From: a virus
Taxonomy: Duplodnaviria; Caudoviricetes
DNA length: 64,000 nucleotides
IMG/VR virus record: IMGVR_UViG_3300022217_000003
Span: 32,001 to 96,000 of that record
Strand: one strand, 5' to 3'
The notes under the pieces were generated by a model that had not been told where the DNA came from, did no database searches, and saw only the letters and a list, made by a program, of their open reading frames with translations. The translations under genes were made by a program, and so were the position numbers. Of this stretch, positions 16,749 through 26,703 are shown piece by piece (within the stretch, counting starts at the first letter, position 1; each line of letters starts with the position of its first letter).

Positions 16749-18830
16749 TTACTTTAAACCACCACCCTTAAATTCAATATACTGCATATCGTCATTGATT
16801 AGTTTCTTTTCCATCCTGTTTGAACAAAATATTACCTGACCAATCTTATGATCTAAATACAAACCCTCGATACCATTAATAATGTTTTGCCTCTCTTCCC
16901 TTGGATTTGCCAGGAATACTTCATCAATAAACATTACTGGAATTTCATTCGTAATAACGTTTATTTCTGGTTTTTTTGTCTTTTTAATAATCTTTTTAGA
17001 AATTAATAAACAACACGCTATAGAGAATGATAAATTTACAAGATGTTCATATGCATCACATATTAACTGTGCTTTTATAAACTTATCTGAGTCCGAGGAT
17101 TTGATATTCATTTCAAAATTCTCATTAATATCGACCTCCAATGTCTTATTTGATAACTTGTCCAATACGAGGTTCATATTCTTATTCAATTCTTTTATCT
17201 TTTTGGATGCCTCTATCTTGGGCAATTGTTTTTTACCAAAAAGGTCTATTAATGAATCAAATATTGCCTGCCTGGTTTCATACTTGTTTTTATCCTTCAG
17301 GTATTTCTGATATTTATCAAACTCTTCCAACTGTTCATTATATCGCTTTATATCAGCGTCCGCCTCAATAATATTTGCACGAAGTTTTTCCTTTTCATCT
17401 TTCGCATTTTGAATAAGATCCACAACGCCCTCATATTTCTTTTCACTATCGGCAAGTTCCTTCATAAGTTTTTCCCTCTTGGGAAATTCTTCCAACTGCT
17501 TACTTATTTTTTCAGCATCAATACTGTCATATGATTTCAGTTCTTCTTCAATTTCTTTCTTAGAATTGTTTAACGCTTCTAGTTCTGATTCTATCTTGAC
17601 TTTTTCTTCTGATAAAGCCGTAATTTTATCATTGTTTTCTTTTTCTTTATTATAGTCCTTCAATAAATCAATTCTTTGTTTTTCAAATTTTTCTATTTCG
17701 GGTTCAATCTTATCCTTATAAGCAACCAACTCATCACACTTCTTTTTTAATACAGGGCATTCAAGCGTCTTGATCATATCCTTCCTGGAATCCATTTCAT
17801 TTCTTGCGGACTCCCCTTTATATTTAATATCACCCAAGACACTATTTGATTTTGCAAGAAGAGTTTTCACATCCCCAATTTCCTCTATCCGTGCTTTCAG
17901 CTTAACTATAGATTCTTCAATATTTAATATTTTTTCCCTTTTTCCATCAACGCTCCCATTGATTTCCAACTTAGATTCAAGTTCTACAACCTTGTTGATC
18001 TTGTCTTTTATCGCATCTATTTTGTTTTTAATTTCTGTAGCATTGGGTTCCTTTATCTTGTCTATCTCTTTCTGTGTTTCGTCTTTTTCGGCATTTAAAT
18101 TATTTATCTTCTGCTGCACCTCTTCTTTTGTTTCGCTCTGTGCAGAAATATATCCGATTATCCCATCAATATTATCAAGTTTTTCCTTTTCTTCTTTTTT
18201 TGTATCCTTAACAAATTGCTGAAGCTCTAACCACGTATTAAGATTGGTAAGTTTAATAATATGTTCTTCAACTGGCGCAGATTGTTCTCGTGCAAACTGA
18301 AAAGACAACCTTGGGGAATAATAATATGTATCTAGCAATAACCTCAAATCAAACTTTAGCAATTTCCCCAATTCCATCATTACCCCATCATTGCCCTTTG
18401 CTATAGCATTATTATCACATATAAGTTCTACGGTATTAGTCGATTTCTTTCTTATCCTTTGAAGTGTGTATACCTTATCCTTTATTTCCAACTTGTAAGA
18501 AACCCTTACAGGTTTAGAAATATCCCCCGCAACGTCCGCTATGGTCCTGCACTTACCTGTAACAACCCATGGAAAGGTCTCCATAAAAAGGCTTTTCCCA
18601 CTACCCCTGTTCCCTGCGATAGCAACCATATCAGAAAGAGATACCTTAACATTACCCACAATACCAAAATTTTCCGCTTCTATTGATTTAACTTTATATG
18701 CAACGGCATTATTTCTCACACCTGCGGAAGAAACAAACTTATCAATGAGCTCCTCCGCAACCTTCAGTTCCTTACTATCTGTTATATATTTTTTTATAGT
18801 ATCTTTCATATTATGATCTTTCCCTGTCAC
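16749..18830 (-). CDS. SbcC/Rad50-like SMC ATPase
   Basis: ENF..., Walker A GNRGSGKS, long coiled coil with central CPVLKKKC hook, Walker B MFIDE; ABC signature degenerate. Confidence 0.85.
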   Translation of the reverse strand: MTGKDHNMKDTIKKYITDSKELKVAEELIDKFVSSAGVRNNAVAYKVKSIEAENFGIVGNVKVSLSDMVAIAGNRGSGKSLFMETFPWVVTGKCRTIADVAGDISKPVRVSYKLEIKDKVYTLQRIRKKSTNTVELICDNNAIAKGNDGVMMELGKLLKFDLRLLLDTYYYSPRLSFQFAREQSAPVEEHIIKLTNLNTWLELQQFVKDTKKEEKEKLDNIDGIIGYISAQSETKEEVQQKINNLNAEKDETQKEIDKIKEPNATEIKNKIDAIKDKINKVVELESKLEINGSVDGKREKILNIEESIVKLKARIEEIGDVKTLLAKSNSVLGDIKYKGESARNEMDSRKDMIKTLECPVLKKKCDELVAYKDKIEPEIEKFEKQRIDLLKDYNKEKENNDKITALSEEKVKIESELEALNNSKKEIEEELKSYDSIDAEKISKQLEEFPKREKLMKELADSEKKYEGVVDLIQNAKDEKEKLRANIIEADADIKRYNEQLEEFDKYQKYLKDKNKYETRQAIFDSLIDLFGKKQLPKIEASKKIKELNKNMNLVLDKLSNKTLEVDINENFEMNIKSSDSDKFIKAQLICDAYEHLVNLSFSIACCLLISKKIIKKTKKPEINVITNEIPVMFIDEVFLANPREERQNIINGIEGLYLDHKIGQVIFCSNRMEKKLINDDMQYIEFKGGGLK

Positions 18831-18997
18831 TTAATACCGTAGGGGTATTACTGGGCGGTGTAGTATAACCATGATACCTGGCCCTTATGGATTTTTTTCC
18901 TGTATATTTAAGCAAAAAATCATATCCTGCCAATATAACCCATGTGGAACATCCCAATATAAGGAACTTCCATATGTAACTTAAAATTATTTCCATA

Positions 18998-19210
18998 TTA
19001 TTTTTCTCCTTTTTTTAGTTTATTAATATACCTATCTAAATACCACCTTGCTTTTTCAAGGTCTTCGATAGGTTTATTTTTATGTTCATGTCTTAATATA
19101 TATTTAATAGTATTTCCTAAATGATATCCTAGCTTTGCGTCTTCTATTATATCTATTACTTCAAGATTCCCTACTGTGTAATGCTTGGGATGGTTTATAT
19201 TATCATCCAA
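18998..19210 (-). CDS. DUF3310-like protein
   Basis: DNINHPKHY...EVIDII...GNTIKY..R..HK...EDLEKARWY; TTG start after AGGAGG. Confidence 0.85.
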   Translation of the reverse strand: MDDNINHPKHYTVGNLEVIDIIEDAKLGYHLGNTIKYILRHEHKNKPIEDLEKARWYLDRYINKLKKGEK

Positions 19211-19233
19211 TATATGTATCCTCCTTTTTATCA

Positions 19234-19262
19234 AATATACTAAAATAATAACCAAAAGTCAA
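19234..19262 (-). promoter_or_regulatory. sigma70-type promoter
   Basis: TTGACT-17 nt-TATATT. Confidence 0.8.
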
Positions 19263-19274
19263 TGGTTATTTTTT

Positions 19275-19811
19275 TTAATATAATAATTTATCAATACGCC
19301 AAATGTACGTATTTATATTTCTCATCTTTTCCCATGTGATAAACGTTAATCCAAAATTATGAGTATTATCTTTATAGTGAGTAAGTATATCACATACCGG
19401 CCAAGACTTTCTATCTTTATAACACACTCTTATATATGTGAAGTAATCAATGTCTATCGCAATTGTAAAATTATATTTATTTTCTTTTAATTTATATTTT
19501 TTCATCTGTTTTTGAGAAGGGCTAAACCTGTAATTAATAACCACATATGCCAAGCCCAAATTCTGTTTTACCTTTTGAAGATAATATATCTGGTGGGGTT
19601 CAACGTTTTCAAAGGGAAAAGATTTACATTCCCTTATTTGCTTTAATTCTAATGCACAAAACTCTTTATTATAAAATACATAGCAATCATAGGGTCTTTT
19701 GGTCTCAAAGTCCCCCTTGGCATATACATCCGGTATTTTATGATAATGAGAATGCCCCATTAATGCGTCTATCGATCTTTTTATCTCTGATTGAAATATT
19801 GATTCTCTCAT
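19275..19811 (-). CDS. RecU-like Holliday junction resolvase
   Basis: KIPD...F..KRPYDC...ALELKQ....F....V.PHQI..L pattern; start at MRESIF. Confidence 0.7.
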   Translation of the reverse strand: MRESIFQSEIKRSIDALMGHSHYHKIPDVYAKGDFETKRPYDCYVFYNKEFCALELKQIRECKSFPFENVEPHQIYYLQKVKQNLGLAYVVINYRFSPSQKQMKKYKLKENKYNFTIAIDIDYFTYIRVCYKDRKSWPVCDILTHYKDNTHNFGLTFITWEKMRNINTYIWRIDKLLY

Positions 19812-19818
19812 AATTATT

Positions 19819-20439
19819 TTAAGAAACGCCCTTAGCAAAATCTATTGCCATTTGTTTTGCGTCTTCCATTGTTTTAGCTACCCATTCACCCTTGCCAAAC
19901 TTTTTGGGGTAGGGTGAAAACACACCGCCAATCTGGCCTCTAAGTTTTTCATTCCTAACCTTATCATTATATTTCCAATTAACCCATACGCCGGATTCGC
20001 CCCCATTTTTACCAAACCTACCCTTTGTTTCTAAATGATTTTCATCGTCCCAAAACCGTATACAGTCTTCCTTGAAATCCTTTTTGTTTTTTGGCCTATA
20101 ATGACAATGCCCTTTTTTACAGGTAGACCCAATAGTAAAACCATACATAGCTCGATGAGACCACCCATACCATTTCTTTTCTTCTGGATTAAACCCTATA
20201 TTAGTTGTACATTCACTTTTTCCTGATGCACTTTGTAGTTGATCTGTAATACCCTTCTTTAAAAGAAATTTTAAATGGTCCTCCATACCAACCCGTGTTA
20301 AATAACTACCATCAATCTTTGAAACATATATCTTGCTATCGCTGTTGAGTATAGTTGTTTCCTTGATATCTGCCACCTTTTCAATAAATTCGTTAAGCCT
20401 TTTCTTTGTTATTCTTTTCATTCTTATTTTCTCCCTCAT
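19819..20439 (-). CDS. Conserved phage hypothetical protein
   Basis: ORF with IGF...KWYGWSHRA..GF.IG motif. Confidence 0.7.
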   Translation of the reverse strand: MREKIRMKRITKKRLNEFIEKVADIKETTILNSDSKIYVSKIDGSYLTRVGMEDHLKFLLKKGITDQLQSASGKSECTTNIGFNPEEKKWYGWSHRAMYGFTIGSTCKKGHCHYRPKNKKDFKEDCIRFWDDENHLETKGRFGKNGGESGVWVNWKYNDKVRNEKLRGQIGGVFSPYPKKFGKGEWVAKTMEDAKQMAIDFAKGVS

Positions 20440-20635
20440 TCATTAAATCACTAACTGAACAGTTAAGTGCCTTGCATATTTTTTCCAGTGTTCCCATACA
20501 TGGTTTACTTTTTCTGTCTATAAGGTTGTACATAGTATGGTGATGTATACCTACCCTATGTGCTATTTCGTTCTTGTTATGTATTCCCATTAATGCAGCA
20601 ATACTACGCATTTTATCGGGATCAAATTCTTCCAT
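20393..20635 (-). CDS. XRE-family HTH transcriptional regulator
   Basis: EIAHRVGI...TMYNL...P...TLEKICKALNCSVSDL. Confidence 0.85.
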   Translation of the reverse strand: MEEFDPDKMRSIAALMGIHNKNEIAHRVGIHHHTMYNLIDRKSKPCMGTLEKICKALNCSVSDLMNEGENKNEKNNKEKA

Positions 20636-20647
20636 GAGTCCTCCTTA

Positions 20648-21295
20648 TTACTTTTGTAGTTGATTTAACATTTCAGCAGCATCAACAAATGTCTTGGGCT
20701 CTACATATTTCTTATTTTTCTCTTTACATAATTTCTTTAACATTTCTTTTTGTGTTGCATTGGCCGGTTTATCATTGTTATCACTTTCAATATTAACCTG
20801 CGGTTCTTCATCAAAGGCATTCTCGGTAAAAAACGGATCGGATACCAAATCAATTATACCCAATATATCTAATAATGCCCTTATCCTTGCCCTCTTACAT
20901 GCCATAAATGGAAGCTTAGATAAAAATTCTTTCCCAACATCCAATGGACTTGCCGTACCCATCCTGGTAATATATTGACCTTCATGCTTCATTGTAACAT
21001 TGCATATAATGGTATTATATACATACGCTTGGTACTGTTCTGTTGATAATGAAATATCAAAGTGCTTTTCTAATTGTTTTGAGACCTGCAGAGTTATAGA
21101 AAATGTATTGGGCTGTTCATCTTTTTTTCCAAACCCATACGCCCAGAATGCACAACCGCCGTGTTTAACCTTCTTGAACCAAACATCATCCTTTTTACTT
21201 AATCCCCTTTTAATACATTCCCCAAATTTCAATTTGTCTATTTTCTTTTGTGTATTTTCAGGTAATCCTTTTATTTCAAAATCTTTATTTGCCAT
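20648..21295 (-). CDS. Possible single-strand annealing / recombination protein
   Basis: G.A.....MACKRA..RAL helix and short C-terminal ATQKEMLKKL domain, as in phage annealing proteins; weak evidence. Confidence 0.4.
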   Translation of the reverse strand: MANKDFEIKGLPENTQKKIDKLKFGECIKRGLSKKDDVWFKKVKHGGCAFWAYGFGKKDEQPNTFSITLQVSKQLEKHFDISLSTEQYQAYVYNTIICNVTMKHEGQYITRMGTASPLDVGKEFLSKLPFMACKRARIRALLDILGIIDLVSDPFFTENAFDEEPQVNIESDNNDKPANATQKEMLKKLCKEKNKKYVEPKTFVDAAEMLNQLQK

Positions 21296-21433
21296 TTTTA
21301 TCTTCCTTTATAGCCTCTGATAAATTTACCATAGATTTTCTCATTGCTTTCTTATCACCTTCGTCCATGACAAAGCCTATACTATAAACTAAATAGTCTA
21401 TAGTTTCCAATATTCTTTTTCTACCTATCTCAT

Positions 21434-22153
21434 TCATTTTTTATACTCCAATAAATCTTTTTTAATATAGTATTCTTTATTATATTTCTTTAATTTGTTT
21501 TCTACCTGTATTAAAAACCACGACCAATCTATAGACTTGGCTTCGGGAACATAGTTGGCCTTTCCCACTTTAAATAAATCAACCAGATCGTATGTATGGT
21601 CTATCAACCTTAATGTTTCCGCAGGATCAATTACAGGCTCTAAGCTAACCCATGTCCTTATTCCCATCTCTTTAGCAGCTCTTAAATTTGCGACCCTGTC
21701 TAATGGCGTTGATGCATTAGGTTCATATTCCTTAGACTTATTTTCATCCAAAAATGTCAGCGTGGTCGCAAATTCACCCTTTCCTTCTGTTATCAAATCA
21801 AAATCTCTGCGAGCTAATGAACCACCCTTTGTTAAGATAGCAGGGGCAACGCCATTGTCCACTAATATCTGTATTGTTTTTCTTGTAATACCATATTTTT
21901 CTTCAATAGGCTGGTATGGGTCAGTAGTAAAACATAATAAAACCTTTTTCCCTGAATAAAGATGCGCTTCTTTCTTTACATTGTTAATAATATCTTTTCG
22001 AGGCATAGGATTATCATAAAATTCATTTCTTTTCATACGTAAAACAGCAGGCGAATAGCAATAGATGCATCCATGACCACATCCTCTATATATATTGAGG
22101 GCGAGTTCACAATATTCTAATGCTTTCCCACTAGGTTTATATATAACGCTCAT
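21434..22153 (-). CDS. Radical SAM protein (spore-photoproduct-lyase-like family)
   Basis: NIYRGCGHGCIYCY (CX3CX2C), TTDPYQP.E, ILTK, EP.A....R, WVSLEP; start at MSVIY after an SD. Confidence 0.88.
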   Translation of the reverse strand: MSVIYKPSGKALEYCELALNIYRGCGHGCIYCYSPAVLRMKRNEFYDNPMPRKDIINNVKKEAHLYSGKKVLLCFTTDPYQPIEEKYGITRKTIQILVDNGVAPAILTKGGSLARRDFDLITEGKGEFATTLTFLDENKSKEYEPNASTPLDRVANLRAAKEMGIRTWVSLEPVIDPAETLRLIDHTYDLVDLFKVGKANYVPEAKSIDWSWFLIQVENKLKKYNKEYYIKKDLLEYKK

Positions 22154-22524
22154 AAATACCTCCTTCTCATTATAGCTATAATCATCCAACTTATGCCCAT
22201 AAAGTCCCTCATCTACCACCACAAAGCCCTAAAATGCTCTCTAAACAAATCTAACCCCTCATCCACTTTTTTACACTTAGATTTGGGCATCATGTAATTG
22301 TCTTCAATAATCAATTCAAAGGCTTTTATCATTTTATTTAATTTACTATTCCATTGTTTCCATGTCATCCCATGGGGATAACCATTATTGATTTCTTTAA
22401 ACCTTTTTAATCTGGGTAATACAAATTTTGATATGGTATCATCAAGATTCCAAGTCTCGTCGTCAGAAAACCCCCTGAATATCTTTTGCAATAAAAACTT
22501 TATTTTTCTAATCATGATTTGTCA

Positions 22525-22553
22525 AATATAATATAATTCCCCCTATATTTCAA
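22525..22553 (-). promoter_or_regulatory. Possible sigma70 promoter overlapping a TTCCCCCT/AGGGGGAA hairpin
   Basis: TTGAAA-17 nt-TATATT. Confidence 0.5.
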
Positions 22554-22581
22554 GGGGGAACTACATCTTCACCTCAACCGC

Positions 22582-23502
22582 CTACCTGTTTTCTTTTTGT
22601 TTCTTTTTGATTTTTTCTAATTCTTCAAGAACATCATACTTTGTTGGATACCATATTTCTTCGTCTTTTTCTCTTTCCCAATTAATAGATCTGCTTTTCT
22701 TTGTAAGCTCCCTATTAATCTCACATTGATGTTCAGAAAGTTCTTCTTTCACCTTTTTCCTGCCAAGGGTCTTTATACCCTTTACCCCTGTTACTATCTC
22801 ATCTAAATTTTCACATATGCTTACTTCAAACATTTCTTCTTTTCTCCTTTCTATTTTATTTCCATCAAAATATTCCCCATATTCTTCTTTTGGCTTATCA
22901 ATATAGTCGCCTATTTTTATTTCTGTTTCTTCTTCAACCAATTCTAAGCATTCATTGTCATACGACCATGTACCCCCCATTGAATCACATAACCTTTCAT
23001 CATCCATCAATACGAAACAATAGAGGCTTCCTGCACGACGAACTGTACCCACTTTGCCTAATGTTGCGTCCATTTTGCCTGACAAATTCCATACCCACTC
23101 TTTTTCAACCTTTCTTACAACCTTAACCTTGTCCCCTTCTTTAAACTTTGTTTGTTTTGTTTCTTTGTCAGTTATTATTTTTAAATATTCATGGGGTGTT
23201 TCTTTAGAGAAATTCCAACAATGCCCCCTTTTGCCACATGCACCCCAACCTTCTCCAGCATGCCCACCAATATATTCATCAAACTCAACAGTATAACAAA
23301 AGGAGTTATTGTTTTTTATTATTTTCCCCCTTTTCCCCACCACATTTTCGTTATAATCTCTTGCCTTAATACACTCAACAACAGTATCTACCTTGAATTT
23401 ACTTGATTCAATACCCATCCTATCAACAGCCGTTCCTTCACCAAACCCTTCATGTATCACCCTATCACCTATTTCAATTTTTGTTTTACCCAATCGTATC
23501 AC
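22582..23502 (-). CDS. Hypothetical protein with tandem SH3/KOW-like beta-barrel repeats
   Basis: Repeated KFKxGDxVxV / IGD segments. Confidence 0.6.
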   Translation of the reverse strand: MIRLGKTKIEIGDRVIHEGFGEGTAVDRMGIESSKFKVDTVVECIKARDYNENVVGKRGKIIKNNNSFCYTVEFDEYIGGHAGEGWGACGKRGHCWNFSKETPHEYLKIITDKETKQTKFKEGDKVKVVRKVEKEWVWNLSGKMDATLGKVGTVRRAGSLYCFVLMDDERLCDSMGGTWSYDNECLELVEEETEIKIGDYIDKPKEEYGEYFDGNKIERRKEEMFEVSICENLDEIVTGVKGIKTLGRKKVKEELSEHQCEINRELTKKSRSINWEREKDEEIWYPTKYDVLEELEKIKKKQKENR

Positions 23503-23512
23503 CGCCTTCCTA

Positions 23513-24508
23513 TTATTTATTTATATTTTTAACATAAAGCCTATTATTTTTAGACTCTATAATGCGCCCCTTACATTCCATAGAAGATGTATCCTGATCC
23601 TCCAAGAATGTTTTAAATGTGTTTTTATAAGCATCTAATTTTGCATTAATTATCTTATTAGTGCTTTGCAGCTTGATATACTCATCTATATTTTTATCCA
23701 GACTGTTTTTCGTGAGCTTTATTACGGGATTTACTTTGATCTTATCAAGATCCTTCATTAATGGACATATCGGATAATATATACACTGCCCACAATAATA
23801 ATTATACCTGGGTTCAAATATCTTTTCCGCCATTATTACATTATAATAACCTTCAAGAAAGTCCTCCACGTCTCCCAACCATTCTTCTGTAGGTTCTATG
23901 GGCCCTATGAAATCATATTGGAGGGGGTCAAGCCCTATTAATACATTTTCTTCAAACCTATCCTTGATGCCCAAGTAATACATTTTCAATTGAAGACTAT
24001 TATCAAGTGTCTTCTCGTTCATAAATGTCGCACCGGACTTGTAGTCTATTATCATAATTGTTTTTTTGTCTATCCTGACAATCAAATCAATAGTACCCCT
24101 TACAGCAACGCCATTATCCAATATTTTCTTAAATTTATATTCAGTATTAATAACTTCATATTCTTGGTAATACCTTTTTAAGAATGTGTTGAATATCTTT
24201 TTACATTCGCCAAACTGTGCCAATGTTATCATAGGAAACTTTGCCAACTGTTGTTTGGCAATAGCCATTATATCCTTTTTCTTATCCTTCATATATACTT
24301 CATTTACTTTATGTACATATGTTCCCCTGTAATTATAATCCTGGTTAATCAGGTTTACGTATTCATCTGATTCTATCTTTAATGTCTTTTTAAGTTTCAG
24401 GTGTTGTTGTTCATATTGAAATGGGCATCTCAGATATGCCAATAATTCACTAGCTGATATATATTGTATTTTATCTTTTGACATTATCATCCTCCTGTTT
24501 ATTGCCAT
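23513..24508 (-). CDS. Second Cas4/RecB-like PD-(D/E)XK exonuclease
   Basis: SAS....Y.RCP, GTYVH, RGTIDL...IIDYKSG, QLKMY, CGQC.....CP. Confidence 0.9.
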   Translation of the reverse strand: MAINRRMIMSKDKIQYISASELLAYLRCPFQYEQQHLKLKKTLKIESDEYVNLINQDYNYRGTYVHKVNEVYMKDKKKDIMAIAKQQLAKFPMITLAQFGECKKIFNTFLKRYYQEYEVINTEYKFKKILDNGVAVRGTIDLIVRIDKKTIMIIDYKSGATFMNEKTLDNSLQLKMYYLGIKDRFEENVLIGLDPLQYDFIGPIEPTEEWLGDVEDFLEGYYNVIMAEKIFEPRYNYYCGQCIYYPICPLMKDLDKIKVNPVIKLTKNSLDKNIDEYIKLQSTNKIINAKLDAYKNTFKTFLEDQDTSSMECKGRIIESKNNRLYVKNINK

Positions 24509-25514
24509 AACTAGACACGGTTGACATTTTCAGTTTCCTATTCATATTATCTATATCCATACCTAATTCCATACAATCTTTTTTAAGATTAATATTCTCC
24601 TTTATTAATATTTTGTTACATATAAAAAGCCCTACGGAGATAACAATTAAACTCAATATAAGTATATCTTTAATCATTTTAAAAACGATGGGCAATTGCC
24701 GACTACCTTTCTCAATGGTCTCAGGTCTTTAACGGGCATACCAAATATATGTTTCCTTATCCTTTTGCAAAATATCATCCGCCAATCTTTATCTCTAGGC
24801 TTAACCAATCTTGGAGGTATAGACATATCATAAAACTTACCCATCCCAAGATGTTTGGAAAGCTGTTTTAATGATTTATACTTCTTATTACAGTGTTTGC
24901 ATGGAATCATTTATGCCTCCCTGTTATTTTATTTGCTTCTTCCCAATTTGATTTAAAAAACTCTTTTATTTCATATTCTTTATTGCTATAAATACACATT
25001 GAAACAAGGGTTATTACCAATGATAATACACTACCTGTCACTAATCTTTCCCATATCACAAATTTTGTAAATATAAAATATCCTGGCAATGCTCCCCACA
25101 AAAAAACAACACAAAAAACAGGCACAGCCCAACTCCATTTAATTACAAACCATACTCCCTTTAAACTATACATACCAAATTCCCATATCTTCAATCCTAT
25201 AAATACACATATAGTACATATTAATTTCATATTACTTCACCTTTTTATCTTTCTTCTTATTTTAATTTCTAAACCAAAATTTCCACATTATTAAATAAAT
25301 AGCGGTTACAAAAATAAATGAGAATATAGCAGATCCTAAGCAAAGTGTATGGTTAATAATCTTGAAAAGGCTAACAATTAACCATCCCAATACTGTGGCT
25401 GAATATAAAATCCAAAAATTCATTTAACCTCCTTTATTATAATAAAAGAAAGACCTGCCAGCCTTGCGGATACCAATGGTCATATATATCATTACCTAAA
25501 ACCTTTGCCAAGGA

Positions 25515-25612
25515 TTTAATCTATCTTTAAGATTTAACGTTTTAATACTTAAACTTTAACAGCTTAATCTTTGAACTCTATAACTTTAATCTTTAAGTCC
25601 TAAACTTTAAAG
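25515..25612 (-). repeat. Imperfect tandem 7-8-nt repeats (consensus NTTAAAG)
   Basis: CTTTAAAG TTTAGGA CTTAAAG ATTAAAG TTATAGAG TTCAAAG ATTAAGC TGTTAAAG TTTAAGT ATTAAAA CGTTAAAT CTTAAAG ATAG ATTAAAT. Confidence 0.85.
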
Positions 25613-25656
25613 TTGGTGGATAATAAACCCTACCCTTGGGTGGATCTTATAGATCC

Positions 25657-25729
25657 AATAAGTAACGGGACTCGAACCCGAAACACTTGGTTTTCAAGAC
25701 CAATGCTCTACCAATTGAGCTATACTTGT
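25657..25729 (-). tRNA. tRNA with TGA anticodon (nominal Ser) but short variable loop; no encoded CCA
   Basis: ACAAGTA/TACTTAT acceptor (1 mismatch); GCTC-AATTGGTA-GAGC; TTGGT-CTTGAAA-ACCAA; CGGG-TTCGAGT-CCCG. Confidence 0.8.
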
Positions 25730-25808
25730 TAATTTTCAGTGGGAATATTAACCCAAATCCCCAGGGAGACATATGTTTATGATTTTCGGCAGATCCTCCT
25801 TATTTATT

Positions 25809-26441
25809 TTATACTTCTATATCTGTTTTTGAATTACTTTCGCTTAATGCGAAATCAATTTCATTAATAAATATATCAATTTCCTTTTCCATTTTTTCGA
25901 GCTTGTCCTTAACGCCTATAGGATCAATCTGGTTGAAACTATTGTTTTTGAAAAATGGGTCGGCAACATTGCTATATGTTTTTTCGTCTACTTTTTTATC
26001 CCCGCCAAGATTTTCAGATACCATTCTTTGGATATCTTCATCTAATTTTTTATTTTGCGTATCTTCTTTGGTTCTTACATCAGTATAATTTTCCAACATA
26101 CGGGTGTATAGCAATCTGTCATACTGTATTGAGTCTTTTCTGTCAATTGATTCTGCTACGGTATAGGTTTTTCCGCCTACTTTAATTTTTGTTTTGGCAT
26201 TCGATTCCATAATAGCAGCTTTAATATTTTTCCTGCGGGCAATAAGGTCAACGATAGAATCATATTTCGCTTTCGCATCCGTATTAAATTTTTCCTTGGT
26301 AACGCCCTCAATAATTGTCTGGTTCTTGCGTTCTTGATAAACATCAATAAACGTAGATCCTCCAACTTCTTTTCTGATTCTTGAGTCAAGTAGCTTTAAT
26401 TCACTCAAAGCCCTTGTTACACTCATCTTTTGTTTTTCCAT
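25809..26441 (-). CDS. Coiled-coil protein, possibly DIP1984/DUF6847-like
   Basis: MSVTRALSELKLLDSRI...IMESNAKTKIKVGG.TYTVAESI...IDFALSESNSKTDIEV (two related SNxxT.I motifs). Family resemblance is from memory. Confidence 0.7.
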   Translation of the reverse strand: MEKQKMSVTRALSELKLLDSRIRKEVGGSTFIDVYQERKNQTIIEGVTKEKFNTDAKAKYDSIVDLIARRKNIKAAIMESNAKTKIKVGGKTYTVAESIDRKDSIQYDRLLYTRMLENYTDVRTKEDTQNKKLDEDIQRMVSENLGGDKKVDEKTYSNVADPFFKNNSFNQIDPIGVKDKLEKMEKEIDIFINEIDFALSESNSKTDIEV

Positions 26442-26674
26442 TTTTAAATTCCTCCTTTTATATATTATATTTTTCTCATATCTTTTTTATTAACTTTAAT
26501 ATATCTAAATTCATTTCTTTTTAAAAATTCCCATTTAGGATCGCAATAATAATTTACCAAATCTTCAACTTCGGACAAGGTTGAGCAGGCATCAATATCG
26601 CCTTCTGATTCTATATTTCCCTTTTTATCTACAATAAATAATATATACATATCCCATCCTTTTTCATTTTATCA

Positions 26675-26703
26675 AATATACTAAAATATTTAGTAAAAGT
26701 CAA
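26675..26703 (-). promoter_or_regulatory. sigma70-type promoter upstream of the coiled-coil/ncRNA unit
   Basis: TTGACT-17 nt-TATATT. Confidence 0.8.

Larger units (their letters stand above)
25447..25800 (-). ncRNA. Candidate novel structured ncRNA with an embedded tRNA and a 7-8-nt repeat tract
   Basis: 13-bp closing stem AGGAGGATCTGCC/GGCAGGTCTTTCT; ATAAAC/GTTTAT stem enclosing a tRNA; CCTTG/CAAGG stem; about 13 NTTAAAG-like units. Confidence 0.75.

Noticed and set aside
25515-25612. CRISPR array or coding repeat
   Set aside because: Units are 7-8 nt with no spacers and are rich in stop codons. The Cas4-like genes have no cas1/cas2 or array nearby. No CRISPR array was seen in the window.
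25657-25729. Opal suppressor tRNA or alternative genetic code
   Set aside because: The anticodon is TGA (reads UCA), not TCA. Genes end normally at TAA, TAG and TGA, and long ORFs are intact in the standard code.
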